Origin: Candidatus Bathyarchaeia archaeon
GTDB taxonomy: Archaea > Thermoproteota > CALKCG01 > B24
DNA: 32,000 nt
Reading direction: 5' to 3'
Assembly: GCA_038870975.1 (NCBI GenBank)
Contig: JAVZJD010000001.1
Location: forward strand, 129,926 to 161,925
Positions 24,915-32,000 of this stretch are shown piece by piece. Position 1 is the stretch's first letter, and the number at the start of each line of letters is the position of its first letter. Both the position numbers and the translations under genes were made by a program. Below the pieces are notes generated by a model. That model was not told the DNA's origin. It saw only the letters and a program-made list of their open reading frames with translations, and searched no databases.

Positions 24915-26420
24915 TTAGAGTCCACTCGACTCTTTCCACTTTCTATAAGTTGAGTAGTCTACATACTGACGTTTCGGATTCTTCACCTGGGAAAGTACAG
25001 GTATACACCTCTCCCGTTTTTCTTCAATCTTCTCAGTAACCGTGAAAATATATGCATCACTGCCAGCACCAGACCCATAGCTAACCATTAAAATTCTACA
25101 GCCCGGTTCCGCAATGTCGAGTAATGCTGCTAAAGCCGTCGGACTTGACCCAGAGTACAAATTGCCTATATACTGTGCTACAAGACTTGGCTTAATTTGG
25201 TCCATAGAGAAGCCTGCGTCTAAAGCTGCCCTCACAGGAAATTTCACATTGGGAGAGTGTAAGGCAACGTAGGATATATCGCCTGGTGTTAACCCCGACT
25301 CTTTCAATATACCTTTTATGGCCGATAGTATGTGCTTAAAGTATGCTGGTTCTCCAGTAAATCTCCCCCCATGCCTAGGATACTTTTCGCCCTCCCTTCT
25401 GTAGAAGTCTGGAGTATCAGAGGTATATGATACATAATAATCGAGCGTAGCAATTACATCTCTCTTACCGAATATGTATGCTGCAGCTCCAGCTCCAACT
25501 GTATAATCTAATGGATCTCCAGGAGCCGCCTGAGAATTATCGGCTCCTATAACCATTACGTATTCTCCCCTAAATACTGGAGATTCAACTAAGGCTACGG
25601 CATCTATGAATAAGTCTGTGGCGGCTTTACACGCAAACTGCGTATCCAAACCACCGGAAAAGAAGCCGTCTTCATACGGTTCTCCGATCTTCAGAGCCTG
25701 TATAACCGTGGAAGCCGAAGGTTTAACAGCGTATGGCGTAGACTCAGAACCTACGTAACACTTTTTAATGTAACGTCCGTCTAAAGCGGCATGTATTAAA
25801 GCTCTTCTACCCGCTTCTACGGCAAAAGTCGTCGCATCTTCATCTGGAAAAGGCACCGCCCTCTCTAATATACCTGCACCTATAGAGGGGTCTTCATTTT
25901 TAATTCTAAACTTAGGTATGTATATTCCATAGCCTACGATGCCTGGTTTTTCGGATTTCTCTGAAGGTTTTAGAGGCCTATAGTCTTTAACCTCGTAATA
26001 ATCTTCTACGAAAGAGAAGACTAAGCTTGAATAGTATATTAATCCACTTTCGCCGTCGACGTAAAGTCTTCTAAATCTAGGTATCACCTCCTTACCTATA
26101 AACTCAGATATGTCAACCTCTGAATCGTCTACCACAAAATCCGTGATCCTACCTGGAACTTTAACCTCTCCGTTAAAATCGATGATCCCGGTAACAAATG
26201 AACCTAAATACAAAAACTTATTTGTAGGCCTCCTTATGACGGTCCCAGCATAAAACACTCCTTTACGATGGAAATATTCTTCATAGGTTATTCTGCTTTT
26301 CCGCCCTTCAACATCGCAGAATGGTTTGGGTGGAAAATACCGCCTACCGCAGATTTCACATCTACTTATCCTAATGCCATAATCCACTGTAATTTTCCTT
26401 CTAGTTATAGGCTCACTCAT
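24915..26420 (-). CDS. fusion protein: N-terminal DUF35 (zinc-ribbon + OB-fold) domain and C-terminal archaeal HMG-CoA synthase
   Basis: Residues 1-140 or so carry CEICGRRYFPPKPFC (DUF35_N rubredoxin-like ribbon) followed by an OB-fold-like beta region (GVFYAGTVIRRP...GIIDFNGEVKVPGRITD). The remainder has HMGCS blocks (GYGIYIPKFRI, DEDATTFAVEAGRRA, catalytic Cys in DTQFACKAAT, ALHSPNVKFP, GNLYSGSSPTAL). ATG 26420 with AAGGAGGT (26427-26434) 6 nt upstream is preferred over the track's TTG 26426. Confidence 0.85.
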   Translation of the reverse strand: MSEPITRRKITVDYGIRISRCEICGRRYFPPKPFCDVEGRKSRITYEEYFHRKGVFYAGTVIRRPTNKFLYLGSFVTGIIDFNGEVKVPGRITDFVVDDSEVDISEFIGKEVIPRFRRLYVDGESGLIYYSSLVFSFVEDYYEVKDYRPLKPSEKSEKPGIVGYGIYIPKFRIKNEDPSIGAGILERAVPFPDEDATTFAVEAGRRALIHAALDGRYIKKCYVGSESTPYAVKPSASTVIQALKIGEPYEDGFFSGGLDTQFACKAATDLFIDAVALVESPVFRGEYVMVIGADNSQAAPGDPLDYTVGAGAAAYIFGKRDVIATLDYYVSYTSDTPDFYRREGEKYPRHGGRFTGEPAYFKHILSAIKGILKESGLTPGDISYVALHSPNVKFPVRAALDAGFSMDQIKPSLVAQYIGNLYSGSSPTALAALLDIAEPGCRILMVSYGSGAGSDAYIFTVTEKIEEKRERCIPVLSQVKNPKRQYVDYSTYRKWKESSGL

Positions 26421-26422
26421 AA

Positions 26423-27655
26423 TCAAACCTCCTTAGCTAATATGTGGACGTTTGCTATTCCACCGCTACCACCTATGTTATGGCATAGCGCGTAGTTAAT
26501 GCCCCCTTCAATGCTAACTTGGTTTTCACCGGCTTCATTTCGCATCTGTTTAAAGCATTCATAGATTTGTCTGAGCCCAGTGGCTCCAACAGGATGCCCA
26601 TCAGCTTTAAGTCCACCTCCTACATTTACGAAGAGTTCCCACCCATCTCCTACATACGGTATGTGCTTTGAGCCGCTGAATGAATCTATGCTTTCGTATA
26701 TTCCTTTCCAGCCTTCGCCTTTACGGTAGAAGCCTGAATCCTCCATAAATAGACATTCCTCTATTGTGAAACAATCGTGAGCCTCAGCTATTCGAACATC
26801 TTTAAACATTATACCAGCTTCTTTCAAGGCTTTAGTTACAGCAAGCCTAGTGGCTCTAATCTCTAACGTAGATATCCTACTGAATAGTGATACATGGTCT
26901 GTGGCCTGTTGAGAAGCAACCACGTAAACTGGGTCGTCTGTATACCTTCTAGCGATCTCTGGATTACACAATACTACGGCTACGGCTCCGTCCGACACCG
27001 GGCTGCAGTGTAGTAATCTTATTGGGTCGGCTATCAGTACAGATTTAAAAACATCCTCAACTCGTATTTCGCTTCTAAATTGTGCGTATGGATTCCTTAC
27101 GGCGTGGTGATGGTTCTTCACGGCTATTTGAGCTAGTGCTATTCTACATTTATCATCGTTCCTTCCAAACTCGTAAATATACCTAGCCATCATCGTCGCG
27201 TATAAGCCTGAAAAAGTGAACCCAGAATCGAATTCGTGCGGATCAGCTGCGAACATGAGGTCGTCTACGATTTTCCCATATCTATCGGTCATTTTCTCAA
27301 ACCCGCCAACTAGCACGACATCATAAATACCAGACTTTATAGCTAAGCAAGCATTATGTAGAGCTGAGCTACTTGAAGCACACGCCGCTTCTGTCTGGGT
27401 CATAGGCACATTCAGACCGAGCTCTCTAGAGATGTAGCCTGGAACTAGGCCTAGCTTATTCGTAACTTGGTACATGAAGCTTCCAAAGTAACATGCTTGA
27501 ATATCAGCTCTATGAAGGCCTTTATCTACGGATTCTAAAGCGTCTAAGCCAGCTTTAACAACCATACTCTCTGGGTTTTCATACCAAAGCTCTCCAAACC
27601 TCGTTCTACCAACTCCTATGATAGCGGCATAAGGCTTTCCAGTCATAGTTAACAA
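26423..27655 (-). CDS. acetyl-CoA C-acetyltransferase (archaeal thiolase, SCP-x type)
   Basis: 410 aa with the catalytic Cys in TEAACASSSSAL, EAHDCFTI and CHNIGGSGG near the C-terminus. The start is TTG 27655 or ATG 27646 (MTGKPYAAIIGVGRTRFGE). Its stop lies 2 nt upstream of the ATG 26420 start of the HMGCS gene (it would overlap the alternative TTG 26426 start). Confidence 0.9.
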   Translation of the reverse strand: MLTMTGKPYAAIIGVGRTRFGELWYENPESMVVKAGLDALESVDKGLHRADIQACYFGSFMYQVTNKLGLVPGYISRELGLNVPMTQTEAACASSSSALHNACLAIKSGIYDVVLVGGFEKMTDRYGKIVDDLMFAADPHEFDSGFTFSGLYATMMARYIYEFGRNDDKCRIALAQIAVKNHHHAVRNPYAQFRSEIRVEDVFKSVLIADPIRLLHCSPVSDGAVAVVLCNPEIARRYTDDPVYVVASQQATDHVSLFSRISTLEIRATRLAVTKALKEAGIMFKDVRIAEAHDCFTIEECLFMEDSGFYRKGEGWKGIYESIDSFSGSKHIPYVGDGWELFVNVGGGLKADGHPVGATGLRQIYECFKQMRNEAGENQVSIEGGINYALCHNIGGSGGIANVHILAKEV

Positions 27656-27675
27656 TGAAACATAGCGTATTTCCG

Positions 27676-27685
27676 ATTTAAAAGT
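27676..27685 (-). promoter_or_regulatory. candidate TATA box for the thiolase/HMGCS operon
   Basis: The minus strand reads CTTTTAAATC, centred about 26 nt upstream of the TTG at 27655 and 35 nt upstream of ATG 27646. Confidence 0.3.
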
Positions 27686-27878
27686 TTCCTATGCATCGGG
27701 TGAGTACCCTTAAACTTCTTATTGGAAATAGGGCTACAGTGAATTAAAATAATCATTATATTCAAGGTTTTTAGGAAGAACCTGAATATGTCTACAATTA
27801 GACAATAGTGCGAAGTTAAAGCAGAGGACTGGAGGACAGTATTTCTTGGACAGTTAGAGTTCCAAGATAACCATTCTG

Positions 27879-27884
27879 AAAAAA
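27879..27884 (-). terminator. T6 tract after the 687-aa membrane protein gene
   Basis: The minus strand reads CCCCATTTTTTCAG, starting 13 nt after the TAA stop (27897-27899). Confidence 0.25.
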
Positions 27885-27896
27885 TGGGGAGAAGTT

Positions 27897-29960
27897 TTAG
27901 AATGGGAAGAACCATCGGTATATACCTATTATTCCACCTATGAAGCTTATCGATACGAAGCCTATGGCGAAACCTGCCGCAATTGGTATACCGTATTCTT
28001 CATAGAGTTTAGAGCCACCTATTCTAAGCGTTAGATATTTAAGTATCCATGCTATGAGCGCTGGAAGCCACATTCCGAAGAATAAGCATGCTTCGCTGAA
28101 AGCCATCAAGAAACCTATAGGCTCAAACGGGAACCAGATGAACCTCGCGTGAAGATATGATATAGCACCTAACGCTATGAAACCCATAGCGAATATATGA
28201 ACCCAAGGATCTGTCCCCGGAAGTCTATTCCAATTATCTGGATTGGCACATCTCTCTAGAGGCGGTGAAGAAGCAGAGATGCCCCACCCGACTCTAGCAC
28301 CACCGAACAAGTGAAAGCCCCAAATGTAAGTGATAGTGCTTATTAATGGTGTAATGGCTTGAACTACTATGAGTACTTTAAATACATTTCTCGTATCGAC
28401 TTTAAGTAAGTCTGCGAGTTTGTATGATGCAAAAGCCGAGAAGTATGAGCCTGCATTTTGATTCTCTGGGCAGTCCACATTAAATTCGCTGAGGTGAGCA
28501 GCCATGACGAAGCCTGGGTACTCTGTGATTGGTTCGGGTGCTCTAGGCCATAATAAGAGCCTATAGAGAGCATGTCCATGTTCAGCAGCTCTTATGTATG
28601 TTCCAGTCATACCCCATATTCTTGTCTTGGTCGTCCAGAAGACAAATATTGTTATAGGTAGTAAGAGTGCCTCTACGGGGCCCATACCGGCCACCATCCA
28701 CACAACCATTATAAGAATCAATCCGCCTATAAATAGTATCCAAGCAACTCTATAAGATGTTGGTTCGCCTTTTTCAAACTCTTTATACGCTCCAGTTGCT
28801 GCTCGAAGAGTATCTCTAATATAGCGCCATCTTATGAGTAGGTAGAAGAAGGTTAAAGCAACCATTCCCCCAGATGCAAAGGCATTCCACTTAAACGGTT
28901 CATCCATTCTAACGTTTACTGGACCCCAACATCTACAGCATCCTGTTGGCTCATCCCTTAGACCAGTGTAGTAGCCCATGATATACGCAACTTGCATTAG
29001 AATGAGGTATACAAAGTACCAGAACCATATATTGAATATTATACTTAATGGAGCTAGATACATGACACTGACGGCAATTGGATGCTTATTGACCATTGTT
29101 ATTCCGACAAGCTCCCAGAATGGAGTACCCGAAAGACTTGTTATTGAGCCGTGTCCACACGTATTTGTCCTCCATGCGTAAATGTCTGGAAACCATGGAA
29201 ACAGATACGTTAAGAGGATTGGAAGATTGAATATTATTCCGAGCAGTATACCTATGCTAAATGGCGACGTGGGAGTTAATTTGAACTTTGGTTTCTCAGG
29301 TGTAGGCATTCTCCTAATGGCTTCATAGAGTATCATGGCCTGTTGGAAAGGTACTCTTTCAACTTCTATCCAGTCTTTCCTCAAAATGGTAGCGGCGGCC
29401 GTTAGGAAAAGCGCTACGCCATAGAGGTATAGCCACCAAAAGACTATGAAAGGGAGCCATGCATCCCATGGGACAGCCGCACCTCCCGTTAACATAGGAC
29501 GGCAGAATTCGATGTCTGGAGCTACAAACGTCGGAAATAATCTCGCAGCTTCAGTAGGATAGGAAAGCCTTGTCCCTATAAAGGCACCATAAGCTTGCCA
29601 TGGTAGGCCAGTAGGCGATATAAACCATGCTACACATGAGCCCACTACGAACAGATAAACCATATTCTCCTTTGTGAGTTTAGATGCAAGCCACTTAGAG
29701 CCTGTTAGTTGCGTCAGACCTCCTAGAAGAATATGTAATATGTAGAAGGATGTGGCAAATGCTATGCTACATAGTATTATACCTAAACTGTAGAAACTTC
29801 GCATGTTTCCAGTCAACATAACCCATAATCCACCTATGAAGGTCAGTACTACCGTCGCTGAAATTATAGGAATCCAGGGAACTTTGCCGACTCTTATCTC
29901 TTCGCTCATCTTTCCCACCGAAGAAAGGTTACTATTGAGGATGTATTTAAAAGTTAACAT
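27897..29960 (-). CDS. large polytopic integral membrane protein of unknown function (about 14 or more TM)
   Basis: 687 aa, almost entirely hydrophobic helices and rich in W/F/Y/G/P, with no large soluble domain. The C-terminal LRIGGSKLYEEYGIPIAAGFAIGF segment is reminiscent of the uncharacterised DUF6784/DUF6785 membrane families, from memory and unverified. The probable start is ATG 29909 (MSEEIRVGK), 4 nt after GGTGGG. Confidence 0.6.
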   Translation of the reverse strand: MLTFKYILNSNLSSVGKMSEEIRVGKVPWIPIISATVVLTFIGGLWVMLTGNMRSFYSLGIILCSIAFATSFYILHILLGGLTQLTGSKWLASKLTKENMVYLFVVGSCVAWFISPTGLPWQAYGAFIGTRLSYPTEAARLFPTFVAPDIEFCRPMLTGGAAVPWDAWLPFIVFWWLYLYGVALFLTAAATILRKDWIEVERVPFQQAMILYEAIRRMPTPEKPKFKLTPTSPFSIGILLGIIFNLPILLTYLFPWFPDIYAWRTNTCGHGSITSLSGTPFWELVGITMVNKHPIAVSVMYLAPLSIIFNIWFWYFVYLILMQVAYIMGYYTGLRDEPTGCCRCWGPVNVRMDEPFKWNAFASGGMVALTFFYLLIRWRYIRDTLRAATGAYKEFEKGEPTSYRVAWILFIGGLILIMVVWMVAGMGPVEALLLPITIFVFWTTKTRIWGMTGTYIRAAEHGHALYRLLLWPRAPEPITEYPGFVMAAHLSEFNVDCPENQNAGSYFSAFASYKLADLLKVDTRNVFKVLIVVQAITPLISTITYIWGFHLFGGARVGWGISASSPPLERCANPDNWNRLPGTDPWVHIFAMGFIALGAISYLHARFIWFPFEPIGFLMAFSEACLFFGMWLPALIAWILKYLTLRIGGSKLYEEYGIPIAAGFAIGFVSISFIGGIIGIYRWFFPF

Positions 29961-30236
29961 GGAACCTTTCTATATTCACACGCCGCAGTTTAAGATTTTT
30001 GCTTGAAAATTAGAGTTTGAAAAATTCTCAATAATTCACTTGTTTCAGCATTATTAAGAGCTTACCCGCGCCAAGAATCAGGGTTCTAAGATTAGAGGAT
30101 TTAACAAAAACCTTTCTAATTTAAAAAGTTGAAATGGAAGCACCATACATCAATATATGGCATCCGACAGGTATTCTACAGAATAATCTTGACTAAGTTT
30201 AACTAAGCTACCTCTCCCATGAGGAGAATGAATTCC

Positions 30237-31577
30237 TCAGAAAAATGTAAGCTTTCTTTGATGTAGAACCTGTTTAAGTAAAGTGCTTTTACGTATCCAT
30301 ACATCCCTCGGTATACTAAGTTTAGAGAATAGGTATTCAAGAGCGTCTTCAAGCTTGTTGAACTTTAGAGGAGGCCTTCTAAGGGCATTTCTAACGTTTT
30401 CCCTAACCTGCCAGACGCCGACTGGCATTATATACCCTGGATGCGCCTCCCTAAGTACCAATATTGAGGCTTGACGTCGTTCTGCAACAAGCCTTTCCGT
30501 GACAGCAAGTCTAGCTGCATAGTAGCATCCACCCATGTCAGCATATGTAGTCCTCCCATAGAAGCCTTCATAATCACCAAACATAACTACTCTATCTCCC
30601 CGAGGATTCCAGACGGTTCCTGGATACCACGCTTCTATGCTTTCATAACTCCAAGCGTCTGGAATCATAAGTATTTCAAACCTATTATCTAAGTAGTCAG
30701 ATTCATACACCCTATATTCGTTTATAATCGGGTTTTCTCTAACATTTTCCATTAAAGCATTTGAAATTATACTATCAACAGCCGTTATACTCCATCTAGT
30801 CGGTACAAGTCTTCTACGTTTATACTCTCCAAAGACTCCTACGCTGAAGGCCCTCTGGATTTTGGAAACAGGCACACTATTCTTATAAAGCTCTAAAACA
30901 GCGTCCGAAGCTTTCAAATCGTAGTCATTATAGGCTTTTTCAATCCTGTAATCTATTTTGAGAGAACCAATTTTAAGCGACTCCACTGGAGCTGAGGCCC
31001 CGAAAGGCTGAACTTCATCATCAACTAGAAAAACGCCACTCGGCTTCCTTCTGAAAAACATCTCGACTTCAACTGGCAGGTTTGAAATTGCTAAATCTCT
31101 AACTTCATCTAGAAGTCTATTCGAGCCGATTGGCTGATCAACTCTAACCTTAAAATTGCCTCTAATGAGACTCAATCTGATTTCAGCGATCTCATCTATA
31201 GACTTTCCAAACCAAAGCTCAGGGGTATCCATTATAGAGGTGTCTCCATGAACTGGAGGAGTTAAAGGTCCAACGAATACGTATGGATATCCAAATCTAC
31301 CCACGAATACAGAGGGTGGACTTGACCCATCTAGATTCAAACCTTTGATTTTAACCAGAGTTTTAACATAGTGGTAGAGCCTCACAATTATTGGACATCT
31401 AGATTTGCCACATAGCATTCTAGCCCCCTTACATAGAACGCACAAACTACCGTTCGGAACTTTATAAGAAATATCCACCTCACTCGGATTCAACTCAGCT
31501 ATCAGCTTAGGTTCAGCTATAAGATTTGCAAGGTCTAAGCCAAATTTAGACCTTGAAAACACTGTAACTTTACCCAT
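30237..31577 (-). CDS. Nre-family (COG1602, DUF650/DUF651) putative DNA repair protein
   Basis: 446 aa. It has the N-terminal cysteine cluster CVLCKGARMLCGKSRCP characteristic of archaeal Nre proteins. Size and the conserved C-terminal region (YADMGGCYYAARLAV...REAHPGYIMPVGVWQVRE) fit the family. Confidence 0.6.
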   Translation of the reverse strand: MGKVTVFSRSKFGLDLANLIAEPKLIAELNPSEVDISYKVPNGSLCVLCKGARMLCGKSRCPIIVRLYHYVKTLVKIKGLNLDGSSPPSVFVGRFGYPYVFVGPLTPPVHGDTSIMDTPELWFGKSIDEIAEIRLSLIRGNFKVRVDQPIGSNRLLDEVRDLAISNLPVEVEMFFRRKPSGVFLVDDEVQPFGASAPVESLKIGSLKIDYRIEKAYNDYDLKASDAVLELYKNSVPVSKIQRAFSVGVFGEYKRRRLVPTRWSITAVDSIISNALMENVRENPIINEYRVYESDYLDNRFEILMIPDAWSYESIEAWYPGTVWNPRGDRVVMFGDYEGFYGRTTYADMGGCYYAARLAVTERLVAERRQASILVLREAHPGYIMPVGVWQVRENVRNALRRPPLKFNKLEDALEYLFSKLSIPRDVWIRKSTLLKQVLHQRKLTFF

Positions 31578-31627
31578 TCTTCCACTGGAGAATATTATAA
31601 TAGGTATGTGTAAAGCCCTTTAAATGT

Positions 31628-32000
31628 TCACTGCTGTTTTTCAAAGTCTTCGAAGCTCATAATTTTAAGATCCTTAGGCTTCTTAGTGATGTCTGAGATT
31701 CTACAACCTATTAGTAGGCTTATACCTTTCTCAGAGGCTATATCTACAATTCTCTGGGTAATAACGCCGTCGAATACCACTGCCATAACACCATCCATGT
31801 TTTTAAGCTCTTCCGCTAGACTGCTTACAGGTATTCGTGCAACAACATCCATATTGCTGTTAAAGAGTACAGCCTCTAGACTATTTCGGAGCTCTTCAAT
31901 TGTTGCCTTAATACGATCCATGGGGATGGTAAGCTCAGCTGTTTCAGTAGGAGGTTTTTTAGCTTTATCAAGTAACTCCAAAATCTCTTTAGGTGTTAAA
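31628..32000 (-). CDS. dnaG: archaeal DnaG (Toprim primase / exosome-associated protein), C-terminal part only; 5' end outside window
   Basis: The frame stays open to the window edge, so the track's TTG at 31981 is internal. The C-terminal sequence ...AVVFDGVITQRIVDIASEKGISLLIGCRISDITKKPKDLKIMSFEDF closely parallels the C-terminus of Sulfolobus DnaG as I recall it (...IVFDGVITQRLLDLASQKNIKMIIGARIGGINKRPQNVDILTFTDI). Confidence 0.6.
   Translation of the reverse strand, partial: LTPKEILELLDKAKKPPTETAELTIPMDRIKATIEELRNSLEAVLFNSNMDVVARIPVSSLAEELKNMDGVMAVVFDGVITQRIVDIASEKGISLLIGCRISDITKKPKDLKIMSFEDFEKQQ

Noticed and set aside
27649-27915. 88-aa minus-strand ORF filling the thiolase / membrane-protein intergenic region
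   Set aside because: It overlaps the ends of both flanking genes. It covers the A/T-rich promoter/terminator region. Its sequence is not protein-like and has no SD or TATA in a suitable position.
1-32000. CRISPR arrays, tandem repeats, IS elements or integrases
   Set aside because: I saw no regularly spaced direct repeats, terminal inverted repeats flanking an ORF, or transposase/integrase-like products on either strand. The spacer at 17653-18888 is the only possible remnant.

Overview
This is an archaeal chromosomal segment. The evidence is TATA-type promoter boxes, GGAGG-type Shine-Dalgarno sites before operon-internal genes, AGA/AGG arginine codons, K/E/I-rich proteins, and archaeal RNA polymerase and ribosomal gene content. 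The core is the conserved transcription/translation cluster rpoH-rpoB-rpoA-rpl30e-nusA-rps12-rps7, then a spacer, then tuf. Most junctions in the cluster abut or overlap. Upstream lie metabolic housekeeping genes: argC/lysY (5' truncated), argD/lysJ, a MazG-like NTP pyrophosphohydrolase, an MtaD-type deaminase, a Dph6-like PP-loop ATPase, glycerate 2-kinase, a short core-type MetE and a flavodoxin. Downstream lie a small 3-TM protein, a RadB-like RecA ATPase, a Clp1-like polynucleotide kinase, a THEP1 NTPase and a class II aldolase. These are followed by the mevalonate-entry operon (thiolase plus HMG-CoA synthase), a 687-aa polytopic membrane protein, an Nre-family protein and the 3' end of archaeal dnaG. 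I saw no rRNA, tRNA, CRISPR array, intact mobile element or obvious defence island. Points worth a second look: (1) RNA polymerase subunit A is one unsplit 1276-codon gene. (2) The rps7-tuf spacer is 1.24 kb with no intact gene but with decayed zinc-ribbon ORF fragments (one with an in-frame TGA) and a G+C-richer segment with nested inverted repeats. (3) The gene after tuf is not rps10 but a 3-TM protein whose motif pattern recalls eukaryotic OSTC/DC2 (Ost3/6 superfamily). (4) The DUF35 scaffold is fused to the N-terminus of HMG-CoA synthase. (5) Two uncharacterised small genes, one with HExxH, are coupled to that operon. All family assignments come from motif recognition by eye. No database search was run.
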